A stretch of DNA of 63,998 nucleotides, counting the filler, from Collodictyon triciliatum (Eukaryota): the NCBI GenBank assembly GCA_043381765.1. It is 5 parts of 5 records of this genome, joined end to end, with 100 filler letters (N's around TTAATTAATTAA, not from the genome) between each part and the next. Parts side by side here need not be neighbours in the genome. Positions count along the whole stretch, not along the records: positions 40,978 to 54,525 come from JBHJMP010001967.1; positions 54,626 to 63,998 come from JBHJMP010002017.1; 3 more parts are not named here. The stretch is one strand, 5' to 3'. The notes beneath the pieces were generated by a model that ran no database searches, was not told the origin of the DNA, and saw nothing but the letters and a program-made list of their open reading frames with translations. Every line of letters begins with the position of its first letter. Within the stretch, counting starts at the first letter, position 1. Below are positions 52,214 to 63,998 of this stretch, in pieces. The translations under genes were made by a program, and so were the position numbers.

Positions 52214-54108
52214 TTAGATTCCAGCACCGCCTGTCACCTCCAATGTGTGTCCCGTGATGTATGATGCGTAAGGAGAGGCCTATCAATTAATGAAAGAAAT
52301 TACAAATCAATAAAATAAAAAGTAATGTTGGATGATACTTTGCTTTTCTTCAGTCATCAAGAAAGAAAAGGTGTTGAAGAGGACAGCCCTTGATTATATT
52401 CCTTCTTTTCGAATCTATAACTGGTGAGACACTTCAATTATTGCACCAAAACTCACAATCATCAAAAGTGCTCCAGCCGCTTCTTCTGGTGTTCCAGGGC
52501 GCTGCAGAGGAACCCCTTCAGTCATTCTCTTTGGGTCGACTTTTGGAATCCCGAGCTTTACCTTTGTTGATGAATTTTTGAAAATAACATATTTTTTTCC
52601 AAGGTGTTGGTTGTAGAAAAATAATTGCCAATAACATGTTCTCTTCTCCGCTCAAAAGTATTTATAATTTATTAAAAAAAAAAGTTCTTGCAAAAATGTG
52701 AGTGGGGAAATATCATAATAATATTATTTCTGCTTCTCGCAATCTGTTTTCATAAGAATTGTGTCGTATATGATGCAGAGTGAAAAAGGTTCCGGCAATT
52801 TAATCTTAAGGTTGCATAACTTCCCCTTTGCTCATGGAAAAAGAAAATGTTCACCGACCTCAGTTCCGTCCACCACAACACTGGCTCCGGATGAGCGGTC
52901 TGCAGTCAGTCTTGTTTGAACGTACCTAATGAAGTAATAATAATCAACTAATTTGCGTGCGAATGTAAAAAGAGAAAAAATAGTGATGCACAAAAATGTT
53001 GTTGATAACGACATCACAGAGATAAAATTGCACTTTGCACTGATATGGTCATATTTGAAAGACATGGCACGATGCTAGCATCGCATAAGTATTATAAGCT
53101 CTGCTGTAATTAAAAGGTTTCTTATATAAGTTGGATTGATTTTCTATTCAAAAAAGCAAGTTTGAACTGAAAAAAATAAATTGCTACCCAAAAGCAACTG
53201 TGTTGCAGCGAATATTAAATGTACCCCATTCCTTGGCAATTGTCTTTGTTAAGCCCACAACACCCATTTTAGCCGCAGCTTATTCAAAATCAAGGCAGAG
53301 GTTACAAAATACTTTATATCTAAGCGAGTCAAATCAGTGAACTGGTGTAAAAAAAATCCACATATACCATAATTTGCCTGCCCGACATTGCCATGCAGCC
53401 CAGAAGTCGATGAAATATTAATGATGCATCTTTGTTCTGCACTTCCGTGTTTCTCCATCTTTTCTCCAATAAAAATAAATGCTGTTAGACAAAAATAATC
53501 CTAAAAAAGGCCAAAAATAACTATTATATTTCAAGGGGAAATAATAATGAAGAAACAAAAAGTGACTTCGGTCTTTGCAGCATCGCGCATGTAAGGAGCA
53601 GCCGCACGAATAAGCCGAAAGGGAGCGCTTAAATGGCAATTGATGATTGCATCCCATTGCTTGTCAGTGATTTTATGCACAACACCGTCCCATGTATAAC
53701 CCGCATTGTTTACGATGATATGAAGTTTGCCAAATTTCCTTGAGATGTGAATCATTTAATCGCCAAGATGTAAAAAGAAGTGTGGTCACATGAAGTAAGT
53801 GAAACAATAAGGCAAACTGGTGTAATAAGTCTCTTGTATTCCTTCATGGGAACAAAGGCGGTGTGAATATGTATAATCAGAAAAAGGGTGAAAGAGGATA
53901 CACAAGATAAATGAAATTGTGTCTATATGAAAGCAATAGATTAGGAATATTAAGAAGGAAAAGGAGACTATAGTTCTGATGTTCAGCATACCCTATGGTT
54001 TCGTTCACAATTCGCTCTGGAAAGGCCATGTCGGTAACATCGCCCGGAACAGAGATTGCTTGTCCTCCATCGGCATTGATTTCGCCCGCAATAGCGTCGC
54101 TTTTATCT
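52214..54108 (-). CDS. Short-chain dehydrogenase/reductase (3-oxoacyl-ACP reductase-like); 5' end not found before the contig break
   Basis: GDVTD..FGKLHIIVNNAGYTWD..IINISSTSGLHGNVGQANY|AAAKMG (YxxxK)..AKEWGTFNIRCNTVAFG..PLQRPGTPEEAAG..ASYITGHTLEVTGG; TAA at 52216-52214. Confidence 0.93.
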
Positions 54109-54396
54109 AAAATGTAGACTTATTACTTTATTGCTGAGTAAACTCATTTGTTTGCGATCTCAGAGTTCTTTTTTTGTCCTTGAACTGGTTAACTTTTTTT
54201 TTTAAAAAAAAAAACATTACGTTGTTACTTCAAACACGCAAAAAGTATTTTTAAAAAAATTGTAACTAATTCACCAAAAAAAAAAGCCTTGTTCCTAGCT
54301 TATATAAAGGAAACCCGTAACTATCAGTATGGGGACCGCATAAATGTGTGAGAGATAGAAACGAATGAATATTGGAATTATCTTAGGTACGTAGTG

Positions 54397-54525
54397 CTTT
54401 TCTTTTTTCTTTCTTTTCTTTCTTTTCTTTCTTTTCTTTCTTTTCTTTCTTTTCTTTCTTTTCTTTCTTTTCTTTCTTTTCTTTCTTTTCTTTCTTTTCT
54501 TTCTTTTCTTTCTTTTCTTTCTTTT
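54397..54525. repeat. (TTTTCTTTC)n tandem repeat at contig end
   Basis: Read directly. Confidence 0.9.
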
Positions 54526-54625
54526 NNNNNNNNNNNNNNNNNNNNNNNNNNNNNNNNNNNNNNNNNNNNTTAATTAATTAANNNNNNNNNNNNNNNNNNN
54601 NNNNNNNNNNNNNNNNNNNNNNNNN
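54526..54625. other. Artificial contig linker
   Basis: N44-TTAATTAATTAA-N44. Confidence 0.95.
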
Positions 54626-54644
54626 ATTATTATAAAAAGAAACT

Positions 54645-57141
54645 CACCGATCGATACAACTTCGGTGTTTGGCAAGATCTTTTGGGAATCCCTTTGGACC
54701 GGAGGGTCAGCGAAAGGCGAAGGTGTTGTCGGATAGATAGAATCGATAGAAGGACGCGATGTGTTATCCGGAGGTGTACTTTGAGTATTTCTGCTAGCCT
54801 CAGCTCGGTTCGAAAAAATCTCAAGTGACGGGACATTTCCGTGAGTGACTCCAGGAGATGTAGCTTTCTCCCAGGGTCTTGAGGTGATGGCGGTATGTGC
54901 ATCTTCTACAGGACCTTCCACTTCATCATCAAGTAATCCCTCGTCGGTTAATCCGAGTGAATTAACAACAGGAGCAAGCGCTTTCATCTTGGGATGTGAC
55001 TCTTCTTTTATGGGGGTTCGCTCCACTATGATATTACCAAATAAAAAAAATTAAGAAAAAGAATTACCCTTATTCTGAATGAACCAAGCACAAAATGTGA
55101 TTATGAAAAATCATTTGAGAATAAATAAGTCAATTATTTTATTTCGTTTCATTTCATTTTTTGAATTCAAAGATTGCTCAGCATTTAGTAAATCGTGCTT
55201 CAACAAACCTTCACCACTTAAGGCATAAGATGATCCAAAATCCGTTTCAGGTGTAGCTTTTACATTTCTTCCTGAGGCTATATAACCATATGTAGCGAGA
55301 GATGCTTTTGCGGCTGGGGTGGGCACCAAATTTTCATAGGAATCAGGAGATTGGTCGTGCACTTGCTTGGTTGGAGTATATGGTTCCGTTTTGTGAGGCG
55401 TATTACGTTCTGGATTCCCAAGTAAATTGGGCTTTGGACTTTCTTCTATATTGTGTATCGGGTTTCCTTGTATATTGGGTGTCGGATTTCCTTGCGTGTT
55501 TGGTGTCGGATTTCCAAATGAATTATGTGTCGGATTTCCTTGCATGTTTGGTGTCGGATTTCTGAATGCATCGGGTGTCGGATTTCCAAATGAATTATGT
55601 GTCGGATTTTCTTGCGTGTTTGGTGTCGGATTTCTGAATGCATCGGGTGTCGGATTTCCAAATGGATTAGGCGTCGGATTTCCAAATGGATTAGGTGTCG
55701 GATTTCCTTGCGTGTTTGGTGTCGGATTTCCTTGCGTGTTTGGTGTCGGATTTCTGAATGCATCGGCTGTCGGATTTCCAAATGAATTATGTGTCGGATT
55801 TCCTTGTGTGTTTGGTGTCGGATTTCCAAATGGATTAGGCGTCGGATTTCCAAATGGATTAGGTGTCGGATTTCCTTGCGTGTTTGGTGTCGGATTTCCA
55901 AATGGATTAGGCGTCGGATTTCCAAATGGATTAGGCGTCGGATTTTCTTGCGTGTTTGGTGTCGGATTTCTGAATGCATCGGGTGTCGGATTTCCAAATG
56001 AATTATGTGTCGGATTTCCAAATGAATTATGTGTCGGATTTCCAAATGGATTAGGCGTCGGATTTGGATTAGGCGTCGGATTTCCAAATGGATTAGGCGT
56101 CGGATTTCCTTGTGTGTTAGTAACCGGTTTGGTGGGTAGATAGGCTCTTGAGGTCTCTTCGTAATTTAACCCTTGACTTCCTGTTGGCCTGCAGGTTTTG
56201 CTCAATCAAAAAATTGGATATGTTCACAGTATGAGTAAATGATAGTTGTAATATATATACTAAACATAATTTTCTTGGGGTATTTGTGTGGAACCGCTGA
56301 CGCTTATGGCAGTGATTCATGAAGAATGAGTAAAGTAGAAAGAAAAGAAAAGCCTGTAACGTGGCTGAGAGCGTGTTAAACTAAAGCATATGTCAGGCTG
56401 TAATGCAAGTATATCGGTATGTACCCTACCTAATATCTAATCGAGCCAGGATAAACGCATTATTAGTGAGCATAAAGAAAATAAAACAACAAAAATAAGT
56501 AAAAATGTCACAAGCGAGTTTCTACGATTCAGTATATGTAAAATTCAATAAAGTGTGTCATTTTGTGAGAAGAAATAGGTCGAGGACTAATACATGAGTT
56601 CTCTTTTCCTTTAATTTCAGCCTTTTGTTGGATCTTTCATCCTTCATTCGATTCAATGTCTGTCTCTTACTAGTTGATGGAGTCTCCGAAAACGAGGAAG
56701 CCGCTTTGTCGGGTGCGCTTTCGTGAACCGTGGAGTGTAAATATTCCGTGGTAGCGTTTTGAGCCAAAGGCAAACGCCTGGCTTGAAATCTCTGTATTGA
56801 ATATGGAGAAGCCTGGACTGTCTCCTCTGTTAGTGAAAGAAATTCACTCCCATTCAGCTGGTGTCGAGAGACCATGTTGGCAAAGGCATCAAATGTTAGA
56901 CTTCTTAGAATTTCCTCCAGTTTTGCAGGACTCAGCTCTGTCTCTTGCTTGATCTCTTCTTTCTCCATGGGTTGGGTGTGATTTTCCTGGTTTGCCAACA
57001 GAAAGAAAAGAAACATATATCAAATGTATTATTAATGTGCGTCGATTTACAAAAAAAAAAAAAAAACATCCTCCCAGGCGAATTATCCTTTGCTCTTTCC
57101 ATTCCTGTCTTCTTTGATTCGTTAAAAGTAGCCGTATTCAT
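54645..57141 (-). CDS. SAM-like domain protein with an octapeptide (GNPTPNPF-type) repeat region; 3' end lost at the contig break
   Basis: LSPAKLEEILRSLTFDAFANMVSRHQLNGSEFLSLTEE matches the SAM pattern. Phase-compatible GT-AG junctions can join it to the NPTP ORF (55111-56205) and to the exon ending ..VVSI|gtgagt near 54645. Confidence 0.6.
55455..56115 (-). repeat. 24-bp coding minisatellite (~27 units)
   Basis: Near-invariant gtcggattt core every 24 nt. Unit variants encode NPTPNPFG, NPTHNSFG, NPTPDAFR and NPTPNTQG. Confidence 0.95.
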
Positions 57142-58004
57142 TGGAAGGTATTGTGTTTCAATGGATGATTCAGACTAAGCGCACACCGATGCGTCGTATT
57201 CTCTGAGTTATGTTTGTTTGCTTATTTGCTATTATACTTATTTAATTATTTATTATGAGGTAGTAATAAAAGAATAGCAAAGGAATGAGTTTGACCATTA
57301 GTTGAAAAAAGTGTGTGGAAGAAGGGATCTCAAACCCCCTAAAAAAAAAATATCAGCGAGACAAAACAACTGGCCTGGATAAGTGCTTCTGAAACACAAA
57401 CACAAACACAAACACAAACACAAACACAAACACAAATACACGAGGAGAAAGGGCGTTATTTGAACGACTCATTAAAGCGGGAACCATATGGCGTCTCGGT
57501 CCAACAAATTCTGATCGGAGAGGGCTTTGTGATCACAAAAGGCCTGGGAGTTTTCCATGGGGCCGCCAACAAGGATTGAAGCCTGTGTGGGTTGTGATGC
57601 GAGGCGCAGTAAGGAGCTTGGGTGGCTTCAGGGATCAGCGCTGCCAAACAAGTCTCGCCCAAATCTGTGAGCTTTATACCAGGGCTGAATAAAACCATTC
57701 GGAGATCACATTTCTGAAGAGATTCGACTGGAACTTGTCTGAATGTTTATTCTTGACCCATGATTGGAATCAATCCAAATATTGACATTTGAAACATAGA
57801 TTCTCTTAATGAACGTTCTTTTGGTGGAGAAAAGCGGATGAATACGAGCAAAGTGCGCATGGGATTTTATAGTAATAACATAAATTGATATCTATGAGGT
57901 GTAATATCTATTATAAGCGCATTAGTTTAAAATAAGTACAAAAACGTAATAAATTATATTTTCCAAAATGGGTGATTTTGCCCTTAGCCTATTTTCTTCT
58001 GGTT

Positions 58005-58130
58005 TTTTTTTATTCTGAAAGTCTTAGCTGTTGAGCCCGTCTCAACAACCTCTTTTCTTTTGATTAATTTTTTTTATTCTAAAAGTCTTAGCTGTTGGGC
58101 TCGTCTCAACAACCTCTTTTCTTTTGATTA
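58005..58130. repeat. Tandem duplication of a ~65-bp segment upstream of the cornichon gene
   Basis: ttttattct(g/a)aaagtcttagctgttg(a/g)gc(c/t)cgtctcaacaacctcttttcttttgatta occurs twice. Confidence 0.85.
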
Positions 58131-58215
58131 TATGTTTTTTTTTTCGAGAAGAAGGCTTGTCACAGACAGCACAAAGCTTACAGACACGCGCGCTCATTCC
58201 TGCTTGGCCAGAATC

Positions 58216-59086
58216 ATGCTTGACGACTCAGCCTTCTATGCGTGGGGCCTCAGCCTTGTCCTCAGTCTTGGGCAGCTCCTTGCGGGCCTTCTCTCGTACA
58301 TAGTTCTTTCCGAGTTGGAAGATGATCATCTGAACCCCGTTCATGGCTGCAAACGACTTCGTCCGCTTCTCTTTGTCGAAAGTGGCCTTTCGGTGCGTGA
58401 AAATCGACTTTGCTGCTTTCTTTCTTGATTTCATGCTGCTTCGTCCATCATGACTCACTTCCAATACGTGCCGCTTATATCTGCTGCACCAATGGGGCTG
58501 AGGCTTATTCAGGGCATTGGGCTGCGTACTTTCCTCTCACCAGGCCCAAATATATATATATATTTTCTAGGTCACGCTTTTCCTTGTCCAGTTTGCAGAG
58601 ATCGACTGGCTCGCTTTGGCTTCATCAAGCATCATGTTCCTCTATCAAATCTATGCGTATGTCTGAATCACCTTTCTCTGGCGCCTTGCCATTGCAAATA
58701 AAAGTATTTGTATAGAATATACGCGCGTGACTCTTAGTAAAACAGACACCTTGCTCTCCCTAGACTGGTTCATGGGATATACAATCTAGACCCTACCAAA
58801 ATCTTCCAGGAGATAAAAGTTAGAAAGACACATCAGCAAGGGAAGCTCGCTTCGTATGTGATTGTGTTCACAATCTTTGTTTACAAGTAAGTGATTTCGC
58901 ACGCTCCTCTCAGCTTTTTTTCTTCGGGAGAGGAGTATATAGCGGATGCCAAAAGCTTTAAATGTGGTGGATGCGATAAATGGAGTACAAGTCAATCATT
59001 TTTCTTCTTCTAGATTTCTCCGCCTCTTTGCGCGTGGTCTTTTCAAGTACTTTTCTAGGAATATACGTGGATTCAAGCTCATTTAA
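58216..59086 (+). CDS. Cornichon/Erv14-family ER cargo receptor
   Basis: LSYIVLSELEDDHLNPVHGCKRL resembles LSDLExDYINP. Also LDPTKIFQ..KLASYVIVFTIFVY|; TAA at 59084-59086. Confidence 0.8.
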
Positions 59087-59395
59087 AAGTCATTAAAAAC
59101 ATTTACATACAACACTTTTTTTCCCGCGGATATAAGGGGACGTTATGAGTGTTAAATGTTATGCAGATGAAAGAGTCTTTCTATTTCTATTTGTTTTATT
59201 GTCAGTCACCTATCTAAACTCTCCTTTTTTCTTTCTTTCTTATTCTTGTCTTTATTTATTAATATCCGGAAGATCTAAATTAAAAGATTCAAAGACTTCT
59301 GAATAACTCTTTATTTTTCCTTATTTTGGCTGCTTAGGAGTTCACAATTTTTTTGTTTGCGTCAGAAAGAAAAATAAGGACATTTGTGCGTGTGT

Positions 59396-60007
59396 TTAAT
59401 CGAAAGTCTCGTTAACCAATGATAGAAGCTCTGCATACTCGTGTACATCTCGCTGGTATTGCCTGTGCTTGCTCATCACTTTTAGAACATCCTTCAGCAG
59501 CATATGTTTCTTTAGACCCTAGTATTAGAAGGACAATTATTACAAAAAATAAGTACGATAAACAATGCCAATAATAATAATAAAAAAAAAACTATTAGAA
59601 GCATTTCATCTATTAAATCAACCAGAATGTCTGGTTTCCATGTCAGAGAATCAGCGCTCCCACTTACAACCTGATTCCTACAGCAAAATTGTTTTTTTAT
59701 ATCATTCCTATTGTGTTTTTATACATAATTTTCAGATCTTAAACTTCTATTTGGATTTTTGGGTAGTTCCTATGTAATTACTGGTGAGATGGGCCGATTA
59801 AGTCCGCGCATATCTCATTCAACTTTTGAGTGGCGAAAGACTGGCAAAGATGCTTCGTGTACGTAAGAAGCCAGTGTTTGTATTCCGATGATGATTTCAA
59901 TATCAGAGCGGCAGCCATTTGATTCTACAAATGGAATATCACAATAACATCATTTTCCCTCTCGTATTTATAATAATGTTTCTTCAGCAATACTACTAAT
60001 AATGACG

Positions 60008-60044
<37 letters not shown>

Positions 60045-63000
60045 TAGAGGTTATTACATCTGAATTTGGAGAAAAGATTGAAAACAGATAGAGTAGTATT
60101 CATCATTTCTGCCAATGATTAATGCATGTTTATAATTTAAACAAACTTCAATGTGGGCTGTAGTGATTAGAATCTTGACTTGCTCGTCAGAAACAAATGA
60201 TGATGGTGGATGTTGCTGTTGTTTGGAAATACATTCGGCCTGTCCAAAAAAAATTATGAAATTAAGAATTACAATCAAACTTATGGAAATATTCAAAAAT
60301 ACAGTCCATCTTTCTATGTCAAGCCAAGTAACTTGAAATCGCCATTCAATAAGGTGTACAAGCACATAGTATGTGTTTGAGTTTGATTACAGATAAAGAT
60401 GATAAGGGAGGCAAAGCTGGTCCTCGTGGTGTTGTCCGGGGATGGTACTCCGATTGGAGAAACTGGTCATCAATCAATCTCAACCAAGATTGAAGGCTTT
60501 TGTGGAAGGTGAATCCATATCCGTTCGTTGTAATGGCCATGGGAATTCCTTCACTATTGGGATATATCCTGTCTAAATAAAAAGAAAAGAGGAAGTCAGT
60601 TGATATACATAATAGTGTATTCATCGATACATTCACTGGTTGAACTTCAGGTTGGCGGTGCTATCGAAAGAAGAAAAAGTAGTACCAACCTAAGTCTCAG
60701 ACGCAGAAGAATAAATGAATAAAAATAGTACCAATCGTTGACGTTCCAGCAAGAAGCGGTCTGCAGTCACATGAGATGACAAGCGACACATTCTTCATGT
60801 CCCTATATATGTATTACACTGTGAATGCTTGACCGCCTTTTCATTTAGCACCCAATAAGCAAAGTAAGCGGTAGTTTTATATGAACAGAAAAGAAAATAG
60901 AATATAAACTAGTATTCAATTTTACCAAACATTGCAGCGAGCATCACTAGTGACCACCAAAACATAGTCGCCCGTGTATGAGAGGAAGCATGCATGGTGG
61001 GGTAGTGCGAGAGGAGGGAGAGTCTATGTCCAACTTACGTTAGCAACAAGTCCAATTACAGATGCATAATGAGAAATGATTGTGCCAATACTACGATTTT
61101 CATAATAAAAACCCCATGTTTTATGGGTTGATTACCCTTCGGCCTGTTGCAGAGTAGGCAAAAATAAATCTATCATTCGTGGCTACAACACACCCCTGGT
61201 TAGTTCCGCTTATAAGTGTGATATGCCCCTTGATTCTGTCCTCCCAAACGATGGCGTTTTCCTTCAAACACAATAGCCTGCTCCAGCCTAGTATCATATG
61301 CAACCCATCGCAATCAATTAAATAGCGAAAGGTGGAATCTTTCACGTTGGCTCTTAATTAAAATCATGTGTAGATTTTCCTCTTCGTTATATTGAAGTAG
61401 CTGGAACTTGAAATTGTAATTATCTTTTTAAGAAAAAAAATACGTATTATCATGACATGGATTATCAGATGTAATCTTTACCTTGTTCATAGCGTGCTTC
61501 GATGGTGATGTATTGACCCACCTCAAGATTGATTCGCTGCGAAACAACGCTTTTCGGTGTTGGTGGCACAATCATTTGAGGGTCAACATGCCGTGCCTAT
61601 TGTTGGGTAGCTTAGTTTTTTTCCTTTATTCGTTATTGGGTAGCTTAGTTAAAAACTTAAAATGATAGATAAATAAATATTAGATAAACTTCAAAACCTC
61701 GGCCGATGTATTTGAATTGATAATTTTTGAAGAAGGAGACGGTGTGATGGATTGATTCAGAGACGTAGATGAGCTTATTTCATTTCCAGGTTTCTCTGAA
61801 CTCTGTCCAATCGCTTTTGCAGATTGATTGGTCGGTGAAATGGTTGGTGCTGAACTGATTCTTTGCTTTTTGAAGGAGTTTTCTGGGGTTTGCTTAATAG
61901 AATCAGTAGATAAGTCCAATGAGCGAGCAATTTTAGCTCCATTCTCTGCGGGTGTTCCGTTTAATGTGTGAACAGCTTGTAATTGTGACGATGAATTTGG
62001 TGCTGTATCTATGGGTTTATTTATAAGGACAGCTGGCGTGTCTTGAGTCTGGATTGGTGTTTGTATTTGTATTTGAGCTGAAGGTTGGACTGGTGTTTGC
62101 GTTAGGATTGAGGTTTGAGTTAATTGCGAATCCTGGGCAATTATATTGGAACTTGACAAATTAATTTGCTCATTTTCTCCCGACTTTGATTTTGTAGTAG
62201 GAGTATTTGACTTGAGATTCTCTATTGAATTCGTTATTGGCGAACGCGCATCCCCCAAACTAAAATAAAGTAGGCAAATAAAAACCAGTTGAGTATGGTT
62301 TATATCGTCGCACTCAAGAGCTGAAGATAAGTTACTTTGGGAAAGCCAATAAGGTCCTGACAGAATTTATTTTTAACAAGGAAAATGAATAACCTCTGAA
62401 TCATCACTGGAAGAATTCGCCTCTTTCCTTTATCATTCCTGATCTCTTGTTGCGTCTTTTGTATTTCAATAGCACTGAGTGGAGTCACCTTGATTGGAAG
62501 TCAATGCATGTTAGGCCTTTCTTTTTATGCATTTTTTCCTTTATTCGATTCAAAGTGCAGCGAGGATATGCACCTTTCTTTTTATACATAATATGGTTTG
62601 TAAAATACTTTGAATCCAATAAAGGAACATTAATATTTTGTAAAATAGTCAATGCTGCAATGAAGAGAAGATTCATCTCATTTTCTTTTCTGGACAACAT
62701 ATATTAATGGGGGTTTCTTTTTTTTTCTTTTAAAAAAAATTCATTGAAGGGAGAGAATCTATAAATAAACTAGCCTGCGTCGAATTAGGCGTCACATCAT
62801 GTGGAGTGTTCTGGAGGGGTGATGCTTTGGACGTTACAGTTGGCCTGCTTGGTGTAGATACCCCGACGGGTGCAGAGTTGCTATTTTCTTGCTCTAGTAG
62901 AAGTTGTGTAGTACTCTCAAGAACTTGTCCTTTTTGAGATACAAGCAGGATGTCTCGGTATTTTGCTTGAATCATTCTGAATTGATTGAAAGAATAAAGA

Positions 63001-63905
63001 ACAAAGTCACTGGTTCAATCTAAATTTTAGTTTCTGTTCTTTGATAATCATATGGTGGATTGCAAGCATTTAGGAAGATTGAAGGGGGCTATAGGTTCAA
63101 TTCATTTCAAACTTTCCCTACACTTTCATCTCCGATATTGGGACGGGAGTTCCTACTTCATCAGGGTTTTCAAACATGACATATGCAACAGAACCATCAG
63201 TCGATGTGGCATAAAATCCGAGGCCATCAGGAGACCTGCGGTATGAGAGAACAGAAAAATGATTTGAAAATGAAGGAATGTCGATGATATAAGTAAAATT
63301 GTAAATTAGATTCATCCTACCAACTAATATCAGTTATTCCATTCTCAAAAAGATTGTGTATCACAGCAAGTGGTTTTGGTTCTGAAGTCATCCAGACAGT
63401 GACACCCTTATCCAAAGAGCCTTTGATAGTGTTGGATAAAGCATTAATAACCATTCATGCTTTTTTGTATACACAGAGAAGGATAATGTTAATGATAGAC
63501 TAAGAATATTATTTTCATTCTTCATTTCGATCTGTGCAAGTTAAAGAGGCAAACTCGTGATGGTAAAACAAACCAAGGGCACAGCAGCCCGTGTAGTTGC
63601 CTTCTTTTCCATCTTTTGAAGGAAGCTTCAAAAAAGTGGGAGAGAATTTCTACATAGATTGAAGATAATGTAAACTAGGTGAAGTATATGGATAGTTTGG
63701 GCTATCTGAGGTATATGATATATATATATATATTTCAGATTATTTGGAAGATATTAATGAAATCTTACTGCAACTACAACCACATGGCGATGGCCTATAA
63801 TGTCACCTGTACTCTTCCATGTAGACCTTTGTATATATGACATTGTGTGGCTTTTCTGGTTCGAAGACCTTGGCACCGCCAATAAAGTTCCATCTGGTGA
63901 CCAAC
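59396..63905 (-). CDS. HIRA: HIRA/Hir1 histone H3.3 chaperone (5' part outside the window)
   Basis: WD40 SWSPDGTLLAVP; DKGVTVW..KPLAVIHNLFENGITDISW|SPDGLGFYATSTDGSV; B-domain GKRRILPV; YSATGRR; C-terminal HIEV..EYKHWLLTY..ICADLIGP; TAA at 59398-59396. Confidence 0.9.
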
Positions 63906-63998
63906 TATGTTACATTAGAAAATAATCAAATAAATCAAGTAAATTTTTATCATGATATGCAGCATTTTCATTCCATAGGCTTCCTGATCTCATTGAGA

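Noticed and set aside
55427-56143. Alternative ORFs over the 24-bp repeat (GVGFP-rich on +; EIRH-rich on -)
   Set aside because: By-products of a stop-poor minisatellite. Only the NPTP frame joins the flanking exons with compatible phase.

Overview
This is intron-rich, AT-rich eukaryotic (protist-like) genomic DNA, not prokaryotic. Four artificial 100-nt linkers (N44-TTAATTAATTAA-N44 at 13560, 27221, 40878, 54526) show the window is five concatenated contigs, so gene neighbourhood across a linker is meaningless. Housekeeping genes: an Fe-type superoxide dismutase with a mitochondrial-type presequence, a large EF-hand/coiled-coil protein, a Zn alcohol dehydrogenase with an in-frame TAG and a perfect heat-shock element upstream, a J-domain protein, an SDR, a cornichon-family protein and HIRA. 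Several decayed LINE-like retrotransposon fragments are also present. The most striking content is a set of modular, immune-receptor-like genes. (1) A signal-peptide LRR/Cys-rich/multi-TM receptor has 18 consecutive 69-nt phase-1 exons, each encoding one LRR; its recently duplicated exon+intron units differ almost only at the exposed beta-strand codons. (2) A CH-DUF4062-STAND NTPase-TPR-pentapeptide-WD40-SEL1 NLR-like gene has one TPR per exon. (3) An intronless pseudogene carries the same Cys-rich/multi-TM chassis as (1) but with a WD40 ectodomain. All gene models were spliced by eye and all domain calls are motif recognition, not database hits.
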